Assembly (NCBI GenBank): GCA_934777505.1
Contig: CAKVNM010000001.1
Span: forward strand, 28,977 to 92,976
Reading direction: 5' to 3'
Source: an uncultured Clostridia bacterium
GTDB lineage: Bacteria > Bacillota > Clostridia > Christensenellales > UBA1242
DNA: 64,000 nt
Below are positions 48,653-56,488 of this stretch, piece by piece (the first letter of the stretch is position 1; each line of letters starts with the position of its first letter). Below the pieces are notes generated by a model. It searched no databases, had not been told where the DNA came from, and saw only the letters and a program-made list of their open reading frames with translations. Position numbers and translations under genes: made by a program.

Positions 48653-49114
48653 ATGTCAATGTTATTAGAAAACACATCAAATCCAGGATTTTTTGAAAAA
48701 TATGGTTTGCTTATTATTTTAGTTGTTATGATTATCGCAATGTTTGTTTTCAACTTTTTGCGTCAAAAAAAATATCAACAACAAGAAGCAAAAATGCTTG
48801 AAGATATCAAAGTTGGAACAAAAGTTAAAACTTATGCAGGCGTTTATGGAACAATCGTTGGAATGTACGACTCAACAGACGGCAAAGTTGCTATTTTGTC
48901 ACTAGACGGCAAAGCAACTATGGAAGTTGATTTTAGGTCTATCTATGTTATCGACAACAAAACAGAAGTAACTGCTGAAAAGACAGAAGAAAACGCAGAA
49001 GAAGTCAAGGCAGAACCAGTTGCAGATGCAAACAAAGAACCTAAACAAGAAGACTCAAAACCAGCAGAAGAGCCAAAAGCAAAGAAAGCCAAAAAAGAAA
49101 AAAATCAAGATTAA
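48653..49114 (+). CDS. yajC: Preprotein translocase subunit YajC with a long charged C-terminal tail
   Basis: TM, then KKYQQQEAKMLEDIKVGTKVKTYAGVYGTIVG YajC core; about 50-aa K/E/A/P tail. Confidence 0.85.
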   Translation: MSMLLENTSNPGFFEKYGLLIILVVMIIAMFVFNFLRQKKYQQQEAKMLEDIKVGTKVKTYAGVYGTIVGMYDSTDGKVAILSLDGKATMEVDFRSIYVIDNKTEVTAEKTEENAEEVKAEPVADANKEPKQEDSKPAEEPKAKKAKKEKNQD

Positions 49115-49127
49115 TAAAAAAACACTA

Positions 49128-49164
49128 CCGTTAGTCAATACTAATTGAAACTAGCGGTTTTTTT
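49128..49164 (+). terminator. Rho-independent terminator after yajC
   Basis: ccgttagt (49128-49135) / actagcgg (49150-49157), one G-U pair, 14-nt loop, 7-T run. Confidence 0.7.
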
Positions 49165-49274
49165 AATAGCATATTTGAAAGTTACAGAGAGTATATTCTT
49201 GGATATGATTGTCTTTGTAAAAATGCTTTATTTAATTAAATGATTAGTTCGTTAAATTTTTATACTAAAATTTA

Positions 49275-49303
49275 TTGACAATCAGTCAAAATTATATTAT
49301 ATT
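49275..49303 (+). promoter_or_regulatory. Sigma-A type promoter of the islet
   Basis: TTGACA (49275-49280), 17-nt spacer, TATATT (49298-49303). Confidence 0.6.
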
Positions 49304-49332
49304 ACTCTTGTAGTAAATTGGAGAGAAAGCTT

Positions 49333-49596
49333 TTGAATTATCTTGTTAACAATGAATTCTATTTTGAAGTATTTGATGATGGAGATGTGATGGCATGTGG
49401 TAAGGCTATCCCAAGGAGTTTCATACTAAATAAAACGACTTGGTATGTTATCCAATTATTTAATTGCATTACTTCATATGGAAATGCAAAGGAAAAATTT
49501 ATTAACCATTATAATAGAGATAAAATATTCCTTTCGGACGAATTTGAAAAGATTTTTAAGAATTTACTAAAAAATGAAATTATAATAGGAGTTTAA
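49333..49596 (+). CDS. PqqD-like RiPP recognition element (RRE) protein, stand-alone
   Basis: About 87 aa; SFILNKTTWYVIQLFNCITSYGNAKEKFINHY...LSDEFEKIFKNLLKNEII fits the PqqD pattern (LNetaa.i..l.dG..t..e....l...y....l..d...fl..L...g.i). The track start 49318 (TTG-GAG) lies in the SD GGAGAG; TTG 49333 has 7-nt spacing. Confidence 0.55.
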   Translation: MNYLVNNEFYFEVFDDGDVMACGKAIPRSFILNKTTWYVIQLFNCITSYGNAKEKFINHYNRDKIFLSDEFEKIFKNLLKNEIIIGV

Positions 49597-49597
49597 T

Positions 49598-49789
49598 ATG
49601 GAAAATTATGAAGAAGCTTTGCTTGAAGAAATGTCATTAGAAGAATGTAATTATTCCAATGAATGTACAGTTGTTTGTACTTATATGTATGGTTATTGTG
49701 GTGAAGCTGAAGGTTGGGGTACAATTTACTGCCCAGAATGGGGGTCACCTTCAACTAATGATTCAGATGATGACGATTCGGATGATTAG
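49598..49789 (+). CDS. Putative RiPP precursor peptide (63 aa, 5 Cys, 8 aromatic, 18 acidic, 0 basic residues)
   Basis: MENYEEALLEEMSLEECNYSNECTVVCTYMYGYCGEAEGWGTIYCPEWGSPSTNDSDDDDSDD; ideal SD AGGAG 6 nt upstream inside the end of the RRE gene; 1 nt after the RRE stop; directly upstream of the rSAM gene. Confidence 0.65.
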   Translation: MENYEEALLEEMSLEECNYSNECTVVCTYMYGYCGEAEGWGTIYCPEWGSPSTNDSDDDDSDD

Positions 49790-49816
49790 AAGTTGTTTAT
49801 ATATGGAATGTAAGAT

Positions 49817-50875
49817 ATGAATAAATTAAAAAGTATGTATATTGAAGTGACATCAGTGTGCAACATGAACTGCCCTTATTGCTATAATAATTCAGGCTGT
49901 AAAGGTACTTATTTAGATAAGAAATATGTTTTTGATTTAATTGATCAATGTTATAAAAATAAAATTTCTGAAATAACTATTTCTGGTGGAGAACCGTTTT
50001 TACATCCTAATATAATGGATTTTATTAAATACGCAAATAATAAACAAATACATGTTAGGATTATTTCGAATTTATCAACCATTAAAACAGATACTGCTAT
50101 TGAGATATTAAAACATGGTAATTATTTTCAGTTAACATTAGACTCTACAGATGAAAAAGAAAATGATTCTATTCGAGGAAAAGGATGTTACAAAAAAATT
50201 ATTGAGTTATTAGAAAAAGCAAAAAAAGTTAATTTATCTAAAAGAATAGTTCTGAGAATGAATTTAAGTAAAAAAAATGTTAACAAAATTGACTCTTTTA
50301 TTAATTTGTCGATATTTTATGGAGTCAAACATGTTTCTATCGCATTTATTGCGAATTGTGGAAGAGGACAAGAGTATGAATATGCGTTTAGTTATCAACA
50401 TACATTATCTGAAATGATAGGCATAATGGAAAAACTTAAAGTGTTATCCATTAAATTAAAAGAAACTATAGATATATCGTATAATAATTTAGAAGAACAA
50501 AGAAGTTGTCCGCTTTTTAATTTAGGTGACATAGAAATTAATCCAAGAATTGACCCTAATGGCAATGTTTTCTTTTGTGGTTATTTTTTTGGTGAAGAGA
50601 ATTCTCTTGGTAATATCTCAAATAATAGTGTTGATGAAATTATTAATTCTAAAGATTTTCATTGTTTTAAGGAAAAAGTTCAGAAAAGAAAACAAAATAA
50701 TAAGTGTGAGGTTTGTCTTTTTAATAAAATATGTTCGTGTGGTTGCCCTGCAATATCTTTCATGAATACGAATAATATTTTTAATATTGATAATCAATGC
50801 AAAATGATTAAATATTTTATTAAAAATAATTTTAGAAAAAAAAGAGGATTGCTTAATAATAAAAATGAAAGATAA
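49817..50875 (+). CDS. Radical SAM enzyme with C-terminal SPASM domain (peptide-modifying maturase type)
   Basis: CNMNCPYC (Cx3Cx2C) at residues 15-22; GGEP SAM-binding motif; SPASM-like Cx17Gx4C ... CEVCLFNKICSCGC (Cx2Cx5Cx3C) ... C. Confidence 0.85.
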   Translation: MNKLKSMYIEVTSVCNMNCPYCYNNSGCKGTYLDKKYVFDLIDQCYKNKISEITISGGEPFLHPNIMDFIKYANNKQIHVRIISNLSTIKTDTAIEILKHGNYFQLTLDSTDEKENDSIRGKGCYKKIIELLEKAKKVNLSKRIVLRMNLSKKNVNKIDSFINLSIFYGVKHVSIAFIANCGRGQEYEYAFSYQHTLSEMIGIMEKLKVLSIKLKETIDISYNNLEEQRSCPLFNLGDIEINPRIDPNGNVFFCGYFFGEENSLGNISNNSVDEIINSKDFHCFKEKVQKRKQNNKCEVCLFNKICSCGCPAISFMNTNNIFNIDNQCKMIKYFIKNNFRKKRGLLNNKNER

Positions 50876-51452
50876 ATGGTTGATAGTTGGACTTGGGAAT
50901 CCTGGTAGAGAATATATCTCAACTAGGCACAATGCCGGATTTATAGTTGTTGATGAAATACTGAAAGACTTAAAATATAGTCATGAAATCAAGAAATTTG
51001 ATGGATTAATTTATAAAACAATAATTAATAATACGATATGTTTTTTTTTAAAACCTCAAACTTATATGAATAATAGTGGGACATGTGTTTACAATGTTGC
51101 ACATTATTATAAGATTCCTTTGGATAAAATTATTATATTGACCGATGATATAAATTTTAAAGTTGGTAAAATAAAAATAAAACAGAATGGATCAGCTGGT
51201 GGACATAAAGGAATAAATAGTATTATCGAAACATTTAAAACTAATAAGTTTACTAGAATTAAAATAGGTGTTAATGATAAACCGAGTAAATTTATTGATC
51301 TGAAAGATTGGGTTGTTAGTAACTTTTCTATGGATGAAATAAAAGATATTAAACATTGTTCTGAAGCAATTATTGATATAATACAATTAGCACTTGAAAA
51401 TAATATACAAATGGCAATGAATAAATATAATGGGACAAATGTTGTTTTGTGA
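50865..51452 (+). CDS. pth: Peptidyl-tRNA hydrolase
   Basis: LIVGLGNPGREYISTRHNAGF, YMNNSG, TDDINF, GGHKGINS; 11-nt overlap with the rSAM gene; composition matches the islet. Confidence 0.88.
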   Translation: MKDKWLIVGLGNPGREYISTRHNAGFIVVDEILKDLKYSHEIKKFDGLIYKTIINNTICFFLKPQTYMNNSGTCVYNVAHYYKIPLDKIIILTDDINFKVGKIKIKQNGSAGGHKGINSIIETFKTNKFTRIKIGVNDKPSKFIDLKDWVVSNFSMDEIKDIKHCSEAIIDIIQLALENNIQMAMNKYNGTNVVL

Positions 51453-51495
51453 ATTATAAGTGCCTTTGTCCCTGTTTTTTTATTTCGCAAATTTC

Positions 51496-51525
51496 AAAAA
51501 CACTATCAAAACGATAGTGTTTTTT
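51496..51525. terminator. Bidirectional terminator (pth / convergent membrane gene)
   Basis: Perfect 12-bp stem aaaaacactatc (51496-51507) / gatagtgttttt (51513-51524), 5-nt loop. Confidence 0.85.
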
Positions 51526-51532
51526 GTTGCTT

Positions 51533-51925
51533 TTATTTTTTAACATTCACTCCAATCACTCCGCAAATTGCACCAGTTAGTAATCCAAACACAAGGTCAA
51601 TCAAAATTGTAACATCAAACTTGAATTGTCCGTTTAAAATAGAGAACACAACAAATGCTAAAATGGTGTAGAGAAAGCCAATAACAAGACCTTTAACCAA
51701 TCCTTTTTGCTTGTCTTTTTTGGTTACAAAAAGCACTCCAATCAAAATACTAAGCACTTTTATAACTTGATTTATGGGTTTGATTAGTGTTTCGCTCATG
51801 TTTGTTAGTTTAATAAAAAAAGCAAACACAAGTATGCAAATCAAACTAACGCAAACGCTGATTAATGCCCCTTTTAAACAACTCAAAACGATATTTTTAT
51901 TCTCATTTTTTTTAACTTGTTCCAT
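51533..51925 (-). CDS. Small four-TM membrane protein (TIGR04086/YrzE-like)
   Basis: Start moved to ATG 51925 (SD AAGGAG); 130 aa; Gly-rich TM helices (GLVIGFLY, GLLTGAICGVIG). Confidence 0.6.
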   Translation of the reverse strand: MEQVKKNENKNIVLSCLKGALISVCVSLICILVFAFFIKLTNMSETLIKPINQVIKVLSILIGVLFVTKKDKQKGLVKGLVIGFLYTILAFVVFSILNGQFKFDVTILIDLVFGLLTGAICGVIGVNVKK

Positions 51926-52089
51926 TTTTTGCTCCTTATACTTTAATCTATGAACAAAAATAGCCAATTATGACTTATAAAAAATGCCAAAAATGTTAAG
52001 TATTTATTAATACTTGCTTAAAAAATTTGACTATAAAGCCTAATTAATATATACTTAATTAGAAATTTTGTTTATTAGGAGAACTAATC

Positions 52090-53421
52090 GTGAAAAAGAA
52101 AAGAGCAATACTAAATTTTGCTGGAATTATCTTTGTTTGCTTGTTGCTAGCGGTGTTATCGGTTGTTAGATTTACAATCCCTGGCACATACTACAAAGAA
52201 TATGTTGGATTTTTGAACGCTATCGAACTTGGAATTGATTACAAGGGTGGTACAACATTAGTCATCGAAGCAAAAAACAACTCAGCAGACTACACAAACT
52301 TTGCCAAGGGCGTTGAAGCACACGCACTTAGAATAAAAGGTATTTTGGCTGACAACAATTACAATAGCAATGTTTACACAACGCTAGGAACAAGTTTGGT
52401 TATGGAAATCTTTGACGAATACGACACAGATGCAATCAGTGATTTAATCAGTGCGACAAACAACAAACTTGCAATTAGAACTGAAAACAGCACAACTGGC
52501 GAAGTTTACTTGACTCAGGACGATATCGAAGACGCTTATGCAATGGAAAACGGCTATTATGGCTACACAAACACTTCAAGATATGGTGTTTATGTAAAGT
52601 TTACACAGCATGGCAAAGAACAAATCAAAACTATCACTTCGGGTGCTTCTTCAAACAGTAAAAAAACACTTTACTTCTTTATTGGAGATTCGCTATTTCA
52701 ACAACTTCCTGTAAGTGAAGAAGTCGACCAAGATTATATCTTTATTTCTGGCGGAAGCACTCTTAACACAAAAGACGGAGCAGACCAATACGCTGGAAAA
52801 CTTCTTTCAACAAAATATGACTACACTTTTGAGCAAAAATCAAAAACAGTCATTCAAGCAGATGTTGCACAAAGAAATTTGATTTTGTCACTTGTTATCA
52901 CAGCAGTTATCATTGTTGCTAGCATGATTATGCTAATCGTTAGATTTAAAAAACTTGGACTTGTAAACTGCCTAGCACTTATTGTTGGAGTACTACTTCA
53001 AATCATTATGCTTCAAGCAGTTCCAGGAATTGTTATCACAGCGCAAGCATTTATGGGTTCTGTACTCACTTATGTTCTTGGCTTTGGCATGATTTACTAT
53101 ATGCTCAGCAAAATGGCTGGCGAGTACGCACAAGGGAAGAAGGCACATTCAAGTTTCAAATTTGGTTTCTTAAAAAACTATATGCCACTTGTTGAACTTT
53201 CTGTAAGTTATCTTGTAGCAAATATTATTTTCTACATCTTTGGCTCAACCGCAGTTAAGTACTTTGCTTTTGCTTCCATTATTGGAATAGTTATTTATGG
53301 ACTATGTGCAATCTTGGTTTCAAAATTGTTTAACAAACTTTGCTTGAATATCTATCAAGAAAAAGTTAAGAATTATGGATTTACAAGGGAGGCAAATGTT
53401 CATGAACTCGAAGAAATTTAA
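52090..53421 (+). CDS. secD: Protein translocase subunit SecD
   Basis: GTG start after SD AGGAGA; N-terminal TM, periplasmic-type domain (GIDYKGGTTLVIEA), C-terminal 5-TM bundle. Confidence 0.88.
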   Translation: MKKKRAILNFAGIIFVCLLLAVLSVVRFTIPGTYYKEYVGFLNAIELGIDYKGGTTLVIEAKNNSADYTNFAKGVEAHALRIKGILADNNYNSNVYTTLGTSLVMEIFDEYDTDAISDLISATNNKLAIRTENSTTGEVYLTQDDIEDAYAMENGYYGYTNTSRYGVYVKFTQHGKEQIKTITSGASSNSKKTLYFFIGDSLFQQLPVSEEVDQDYIFISGGSTLNTKDGADQYAGKLLSTKYDYTFEQKSKTVIQADVAQRNLILSLVITAVIIVASMIMLIVRFKKLGLVNCLALIVGVLLQIIMLQAVPGIVITAQAFMGSVLTYVLGFGMIYYMLSKMAGEYAQGKKAHSSFKFGFLKNYMPLVELSVSYLVANIIFYIFGSTAVKYFAFASIIGIVIYGLCAILVSKLFNKLCLNIYQEKVKNYGFTREANVHELEEI

Positions 53422-54055
53422 TGTGTACAAAAATGCAGTATACTTTGATATTGCTAGCGGAATTTTACTAATTGCAGGACTTGTTGTTGGACTTATCTTG
53501 GGACTTAATAGTGATGTCAAGATTGCAAGCAGTTCAATTTTGAACACAACTCTTGCAGTTCTAATTTTTGAAATCATTTTGCTAATTTATGTAACAGTAA
53601 AATATGATTTCTACACAGCCTTTACAATGGTTTTGGCGGTTTTACACAATGTTATGTTAACAGTTGCACTTGTTTGCATTTTTAGAATTCCTGTTACAGA
53701 CAGTTTGACCACCGCTATTATGATTGTTACAGGACTCACAGCGGTTAACTTATTTATCCTATTCACTGGCAAGCCAGATTATAAATCAACAACCAACAGA
53801 GAATCAATGGTTAACGACTTGGTTTCTAGCAAGTTGAAAACTTTGGTTTTGCTAAATTGCACAATTTTGGTTACAGTTATTGCAATGATATTCACATTTA
53901 ACACAAACATTGTTATGCTAGTAAGACCACTTTTGATTGGAATTGTAGTAACATTTTATAGCACAGTATTTATGTGCGCACCATTCTGTGGTTACTTTAT
54001 AAAAGAGAAAAAACAAAGAAAACAAGTTGATTTAGAACAAGATTATGTTAAGTAA
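53402..54055 (+). CDS. secF: Protein translocase subunit SecF
   Basis: Six-TM SecF-type C-terminal bundle following secD; SD AAGGGAGG at 53385; the start is ambiguous among 53375, 53396 and 53402. Confidence 0.8.
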   Translation: MNSKKFNVYKNAVYFDIASGILLIAGLVVGLILGLNSDVKIASSSILNTTLAVLIFEIILLIYVTVKYDFYTAFTMVLAVLHNVMLTVALVCIFRIPVTDSLTTAIMIVTGLTAVNLFILFTGKPDYKSTTNRESMVNDLVSSKLKTLVLLNCTILVTVIAMIFTFNTNIVMLVRPLLIGIVVTFYSTVFMCAPFCGYFIKEKKQRKQVDLEQDYVK

Positions 54056-54057
54056 AA

Positions 54058-54089
54058 ATTAGCCACTTTGATATAAGTGGCTAATTTTG
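54058..54089 (+). terminator. Rho-independent terminator
   Basis: attagccactt / aagtggctaat 11-bp stem, 6-nt loop, short T-run. Confidence 0.7.
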
Positions 54090-54122
54090 TAAAGAGAGAG
54101 ATGAAGGAAAAATGTATATTAT

Positions 54123-56477
54123 ATGTTATTTAGACAAAAAAAGATAGAAGTTAGTGATGATGAAATTAATAACCTTAGCAAGCAAATAAACCACTCGTTT
54201 GTGGTTACAAAAATTTTGGTCGCTCGTGGATATGATACAGTAGAAAAAATACAAAAGTTCTTACACCCAAAACTCAGCGATTTGCACGACCCATTTTTGC
54301 TTAAAGATATGAAAACCGTTTGCGATAAAATCAAAAACGCCATTCAAACAAAAAAGAGAGTTTTGATTTTTGGTGACTACGATGTTGACGGAATTAGTGC
54401 AACGGCAATTTTATATAAATATTTTGAGTCAAAAGGATTAAAAGCCAACTACTTTTTGCCAAATCGATACGAAGACGGCTATGGACTCACAATCGAAACC
54501 GCAAAAAAAGTTATCGAACTATATAATCCAGAACTTGTTATCACAGTTGACTGCGGAATTTCTTGTTATAAAGAAGTTGACTTTTTACTCAGTCATGGCG
54601 TTGATGTTTGTGTGACAGACCACCACGAAATCCCAGAAATTTTGCCTGCTTGTCCAACTATTGATGCAAAGCAAAGCGGTCAACCATATCCTTTTACAGA
54701 CCTTTGTGGAGCGGGTGTTGCGTTAAAAATCGTGCAAGCACTTGGTGAAGACATAACCAGTTATCTGCCAATTTGTGCAATCGCAACAATCGCCGATATT
54801 GTTAGTTTGACGGACGAAAACAGAGCAATCGTAACTTATGGACTCAAAAACTTAAATTTGCTTCCATTTGGATTAAAACAACTTTTTGCCGAACTAAAAA
54901 TTTCAAAAGTTAATAGCAGTGATATTGCATTTAAAATTGCTCCAAAAATCAATGCGGCGGGCAGAATGGGAGATGCAACAATATCGCTTCAACTATATAT
55001 TTCAAGCGACAAAAAAGTTGTTGAAGAAAACTTAAAAAAATTAACCGAAATGAACCTTAAAAGGCAGGAACTTTGCACAAAAATCTATGCCGATGCGGTT
55101 AATTTGTTAAAGCAAGAAAATCAAAACGACAGACGCTCCATAATTCTTTACTCAAACGAGTGGGACAGTGGATTACTTGGGATTGTTTGTGCAAGACTCA
55201 CCGAAGAATTTAACAAGCCAACTTTCTTGTTTAGCGAAGTTGACGGCTTTTTAAAAGGCTCAGTAAGAAGTATTCCAGCCATAAATATTCATGATGCTTT
55301 GTCCAAGGCAAGCACACTTTTGGAAACCTTTGGCGGTCACTCCATGGCAGCGGGACTCACTTTAAAATTTGAGCATTTAACCAAGTTTAAGTACGAAATT
55401 GAAAACTACTTTTTAAAGAATTTTTCTCAGCGAGATTTTGTTGCTATAAAGGAATATGATATTCAAATCGGCAGTGAGCAGGTTAATCTTGCCCTTGCCA
55501 GAGAACTTGAAGTTTTAGAACCATTTGGTTGTGGAAATCCAAAGCCACTATTTTATACCAAACACGGCAATTTGAAAGTGTCCACCATGAAAAATTATGC
55601 TCAGCACTTAAACATTGTTACGCCAGACAACTTGCCACTTATTGCGTTCAATATGGGTGGTCAAAAGGACTTAATCGAGAATAGTTATGTTTGCGAACTT
55701 ATGTATGAACTTCAACTCAACGAGTTCAAAAACAGATATTATGTTAAGGGACTGATTAAAAACCTTAAATGCTCAGGCTATAAGGACAGTCTAAGCAATT
55801 ATGTTGAAGGAAATTATATCGAACAACTTGTTTTGAACAAGCAGAGCAACAAAAATCCATTTTATAGTTACGACAATCTAAATTTTGTTTTAAACAAACT
55901 TTCCGCAAAATCGTCATACGGCACATTGCTTGTTTGTAACGACCTAAAAACTGCAAAAAATTTAAGCGTATTTTTGTATACGCACAGTTATGATTTCCAC
56001 CTGGGCGAAATCAAGTCAAATTCAACGAATAACGCCATTGTTGTTGGTTTAAATAGTTATAATAACATAACGAATTATAGCAACATAGTATTTCTTGAAC
56101 CTTTGCTTAACATGGACTATTTGAACAACTTTAAAGGCTCGTTATATTTGCCAAAAAATCACGAAGTTAATCTTGCTCTTAGCGTGGATTTAAGTCACGA
56201 AATGTTTAGCAATTTCTACAAAAATTTGCTTGGGGTTATGGACAAAATCATAGTTGCCAGCAAGTTTGATTATTATCAGGGATTTAAAAGGCTCGTGCCA
56301 GTTTTTAGAAATATTAGTTATGCACAATTTGTGGCTTGTGTTAACACATTTTTAGAACTTGGATTCATAACAGAAAACAAAGATAATGGATACACATTGT
56401 CATTAAATAGCGTAAAAGAAAAACGAGAACTTTCTTCGTCTAAACTTTATGCTAGACTAGCGAACTTAATCTCTTAA
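54123..56477 (+). CDS. recJ: Single-stranded-DNA-specific exonuclease RecJ
   Basis: DHH motifs IFGDYDVDGIS, TVDCG, VTDHHE; DHHA1 GGHSMAAG. Confidence 0.93.
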   Translation: MLFRQKKIEVSDDEINNLSKQINHSFVVTKILVARGYDTVEKIQKFLHPKLSDLHDPFLLKDMKTVCDKIKNAIQTKKRVLIFGDYDVDGISATAILYKYFESKGLKANYFLPNRYEDGYGLTIETAKKVIELYNPELVITVDCGISCYKEVDFLLSHGVDVCVTDHHEIPEILPACPTIDAKQSGQPYPFTDLCGAGVALKIVQALGEDITSYLPICAIATIADIVSLTDENRAIVTYGLKNLNLLPFGLKQLFAELKISKVNSSDIAFKIAPKINAAGRMGDATISLQLYISSDKKVVEENLKKLTEMNLKRQELCTKIYADAVNLLKQENQNDRRSIILYSNEWDSGLLGIVCARLTEEFNKPTFLFSEVDGFLKGSVRSIPAINIHDALSKASTLLETFGGHSMAAGLTLKFEHLTKFKYEIENYFLKNFSQRDFVAIKEYDIQIGSEQVNLALARELEVLEPFGCGNPKPLFYTKHGNLKVSTMKNYAQHLNIVTPDNLPLIAFNMGGQKDLIENSYVCELMYELQLNEFKNRYYVKGLIKNLKCSGYKDSLSNYVEGNYIEQLVLNKQSNKNPFYSYDNLNFVLNKLSAKSSYGTLLVCNDLKTAKNLSVFLYTHSYDFHLGEIKSNSTNNAIVVGLNSYNNITNYSNIVFLEPLLNMDYLNNFKGSLYLPKNHEVNLALSVDLSHEMFSNFYKNLLGVMDKIIVASKFDYYQGFKRLVPVFRNISYAQFVACVNTFLELGFITENKDNGYTLSLNSVKEKRELSSSKLYARLANLIS

Positions 56478-56488
56478 AAGGAGGAATT

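Larger units (their letters stand above)
49170..51490 (+). other. AT-rich four-gene islet (PqqD-like, precursor peptide, rSAM/SPASM, pth)
   Basis: Hand-counted 60-nt lines inside give about 15-33% G+C versus about 37-42% in tgt and secD lines; own promoter; bounded by terminators. Confidence 0.65.

Noticed and set aside
49598-49789. Possibility that the Cys-rich peptide is SCIFF (scfA) and the enzyme is ScfB
   Set aside because: As I recall it, SCIFF is about 45 aa with six Cys in a GGCGECQTSCQSACKTSC-like core and a basic N-terminus. This peptide is 63 aa with 5 Cys in a different spacing, is aromatic-rich and has no basic residue. The enzyme is also about 100 aa shorter than ScfB-type maturases, and a separate RRE is present.
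51190-51215. Pth motif GGHKG where I remember GGHNG (an Asn reported as functionally important in E. coli Pth)
   Set aside because: This rests only on my memory of one reference sequence and on an alignment by eye. The other catalytic motifs are intact, so I do not call the enzyme impaired.
49118-51507. A 10-bp direct repeat aaaaacacta (11 of 12 identical over aaaaacacta-c) at 49118-49127 and 51496-51505, flanking the AT-rich islet; a possible target-site duplication
   Set aside because: Both copies are the A-rich 5' arms of terminator hairpins, and a third unrelated terminator at 59966 begins with the same aaaaacact. The match may be a generic terminator feature of this genome. It cannot be taken as an insertion scar without comparing empty sites.
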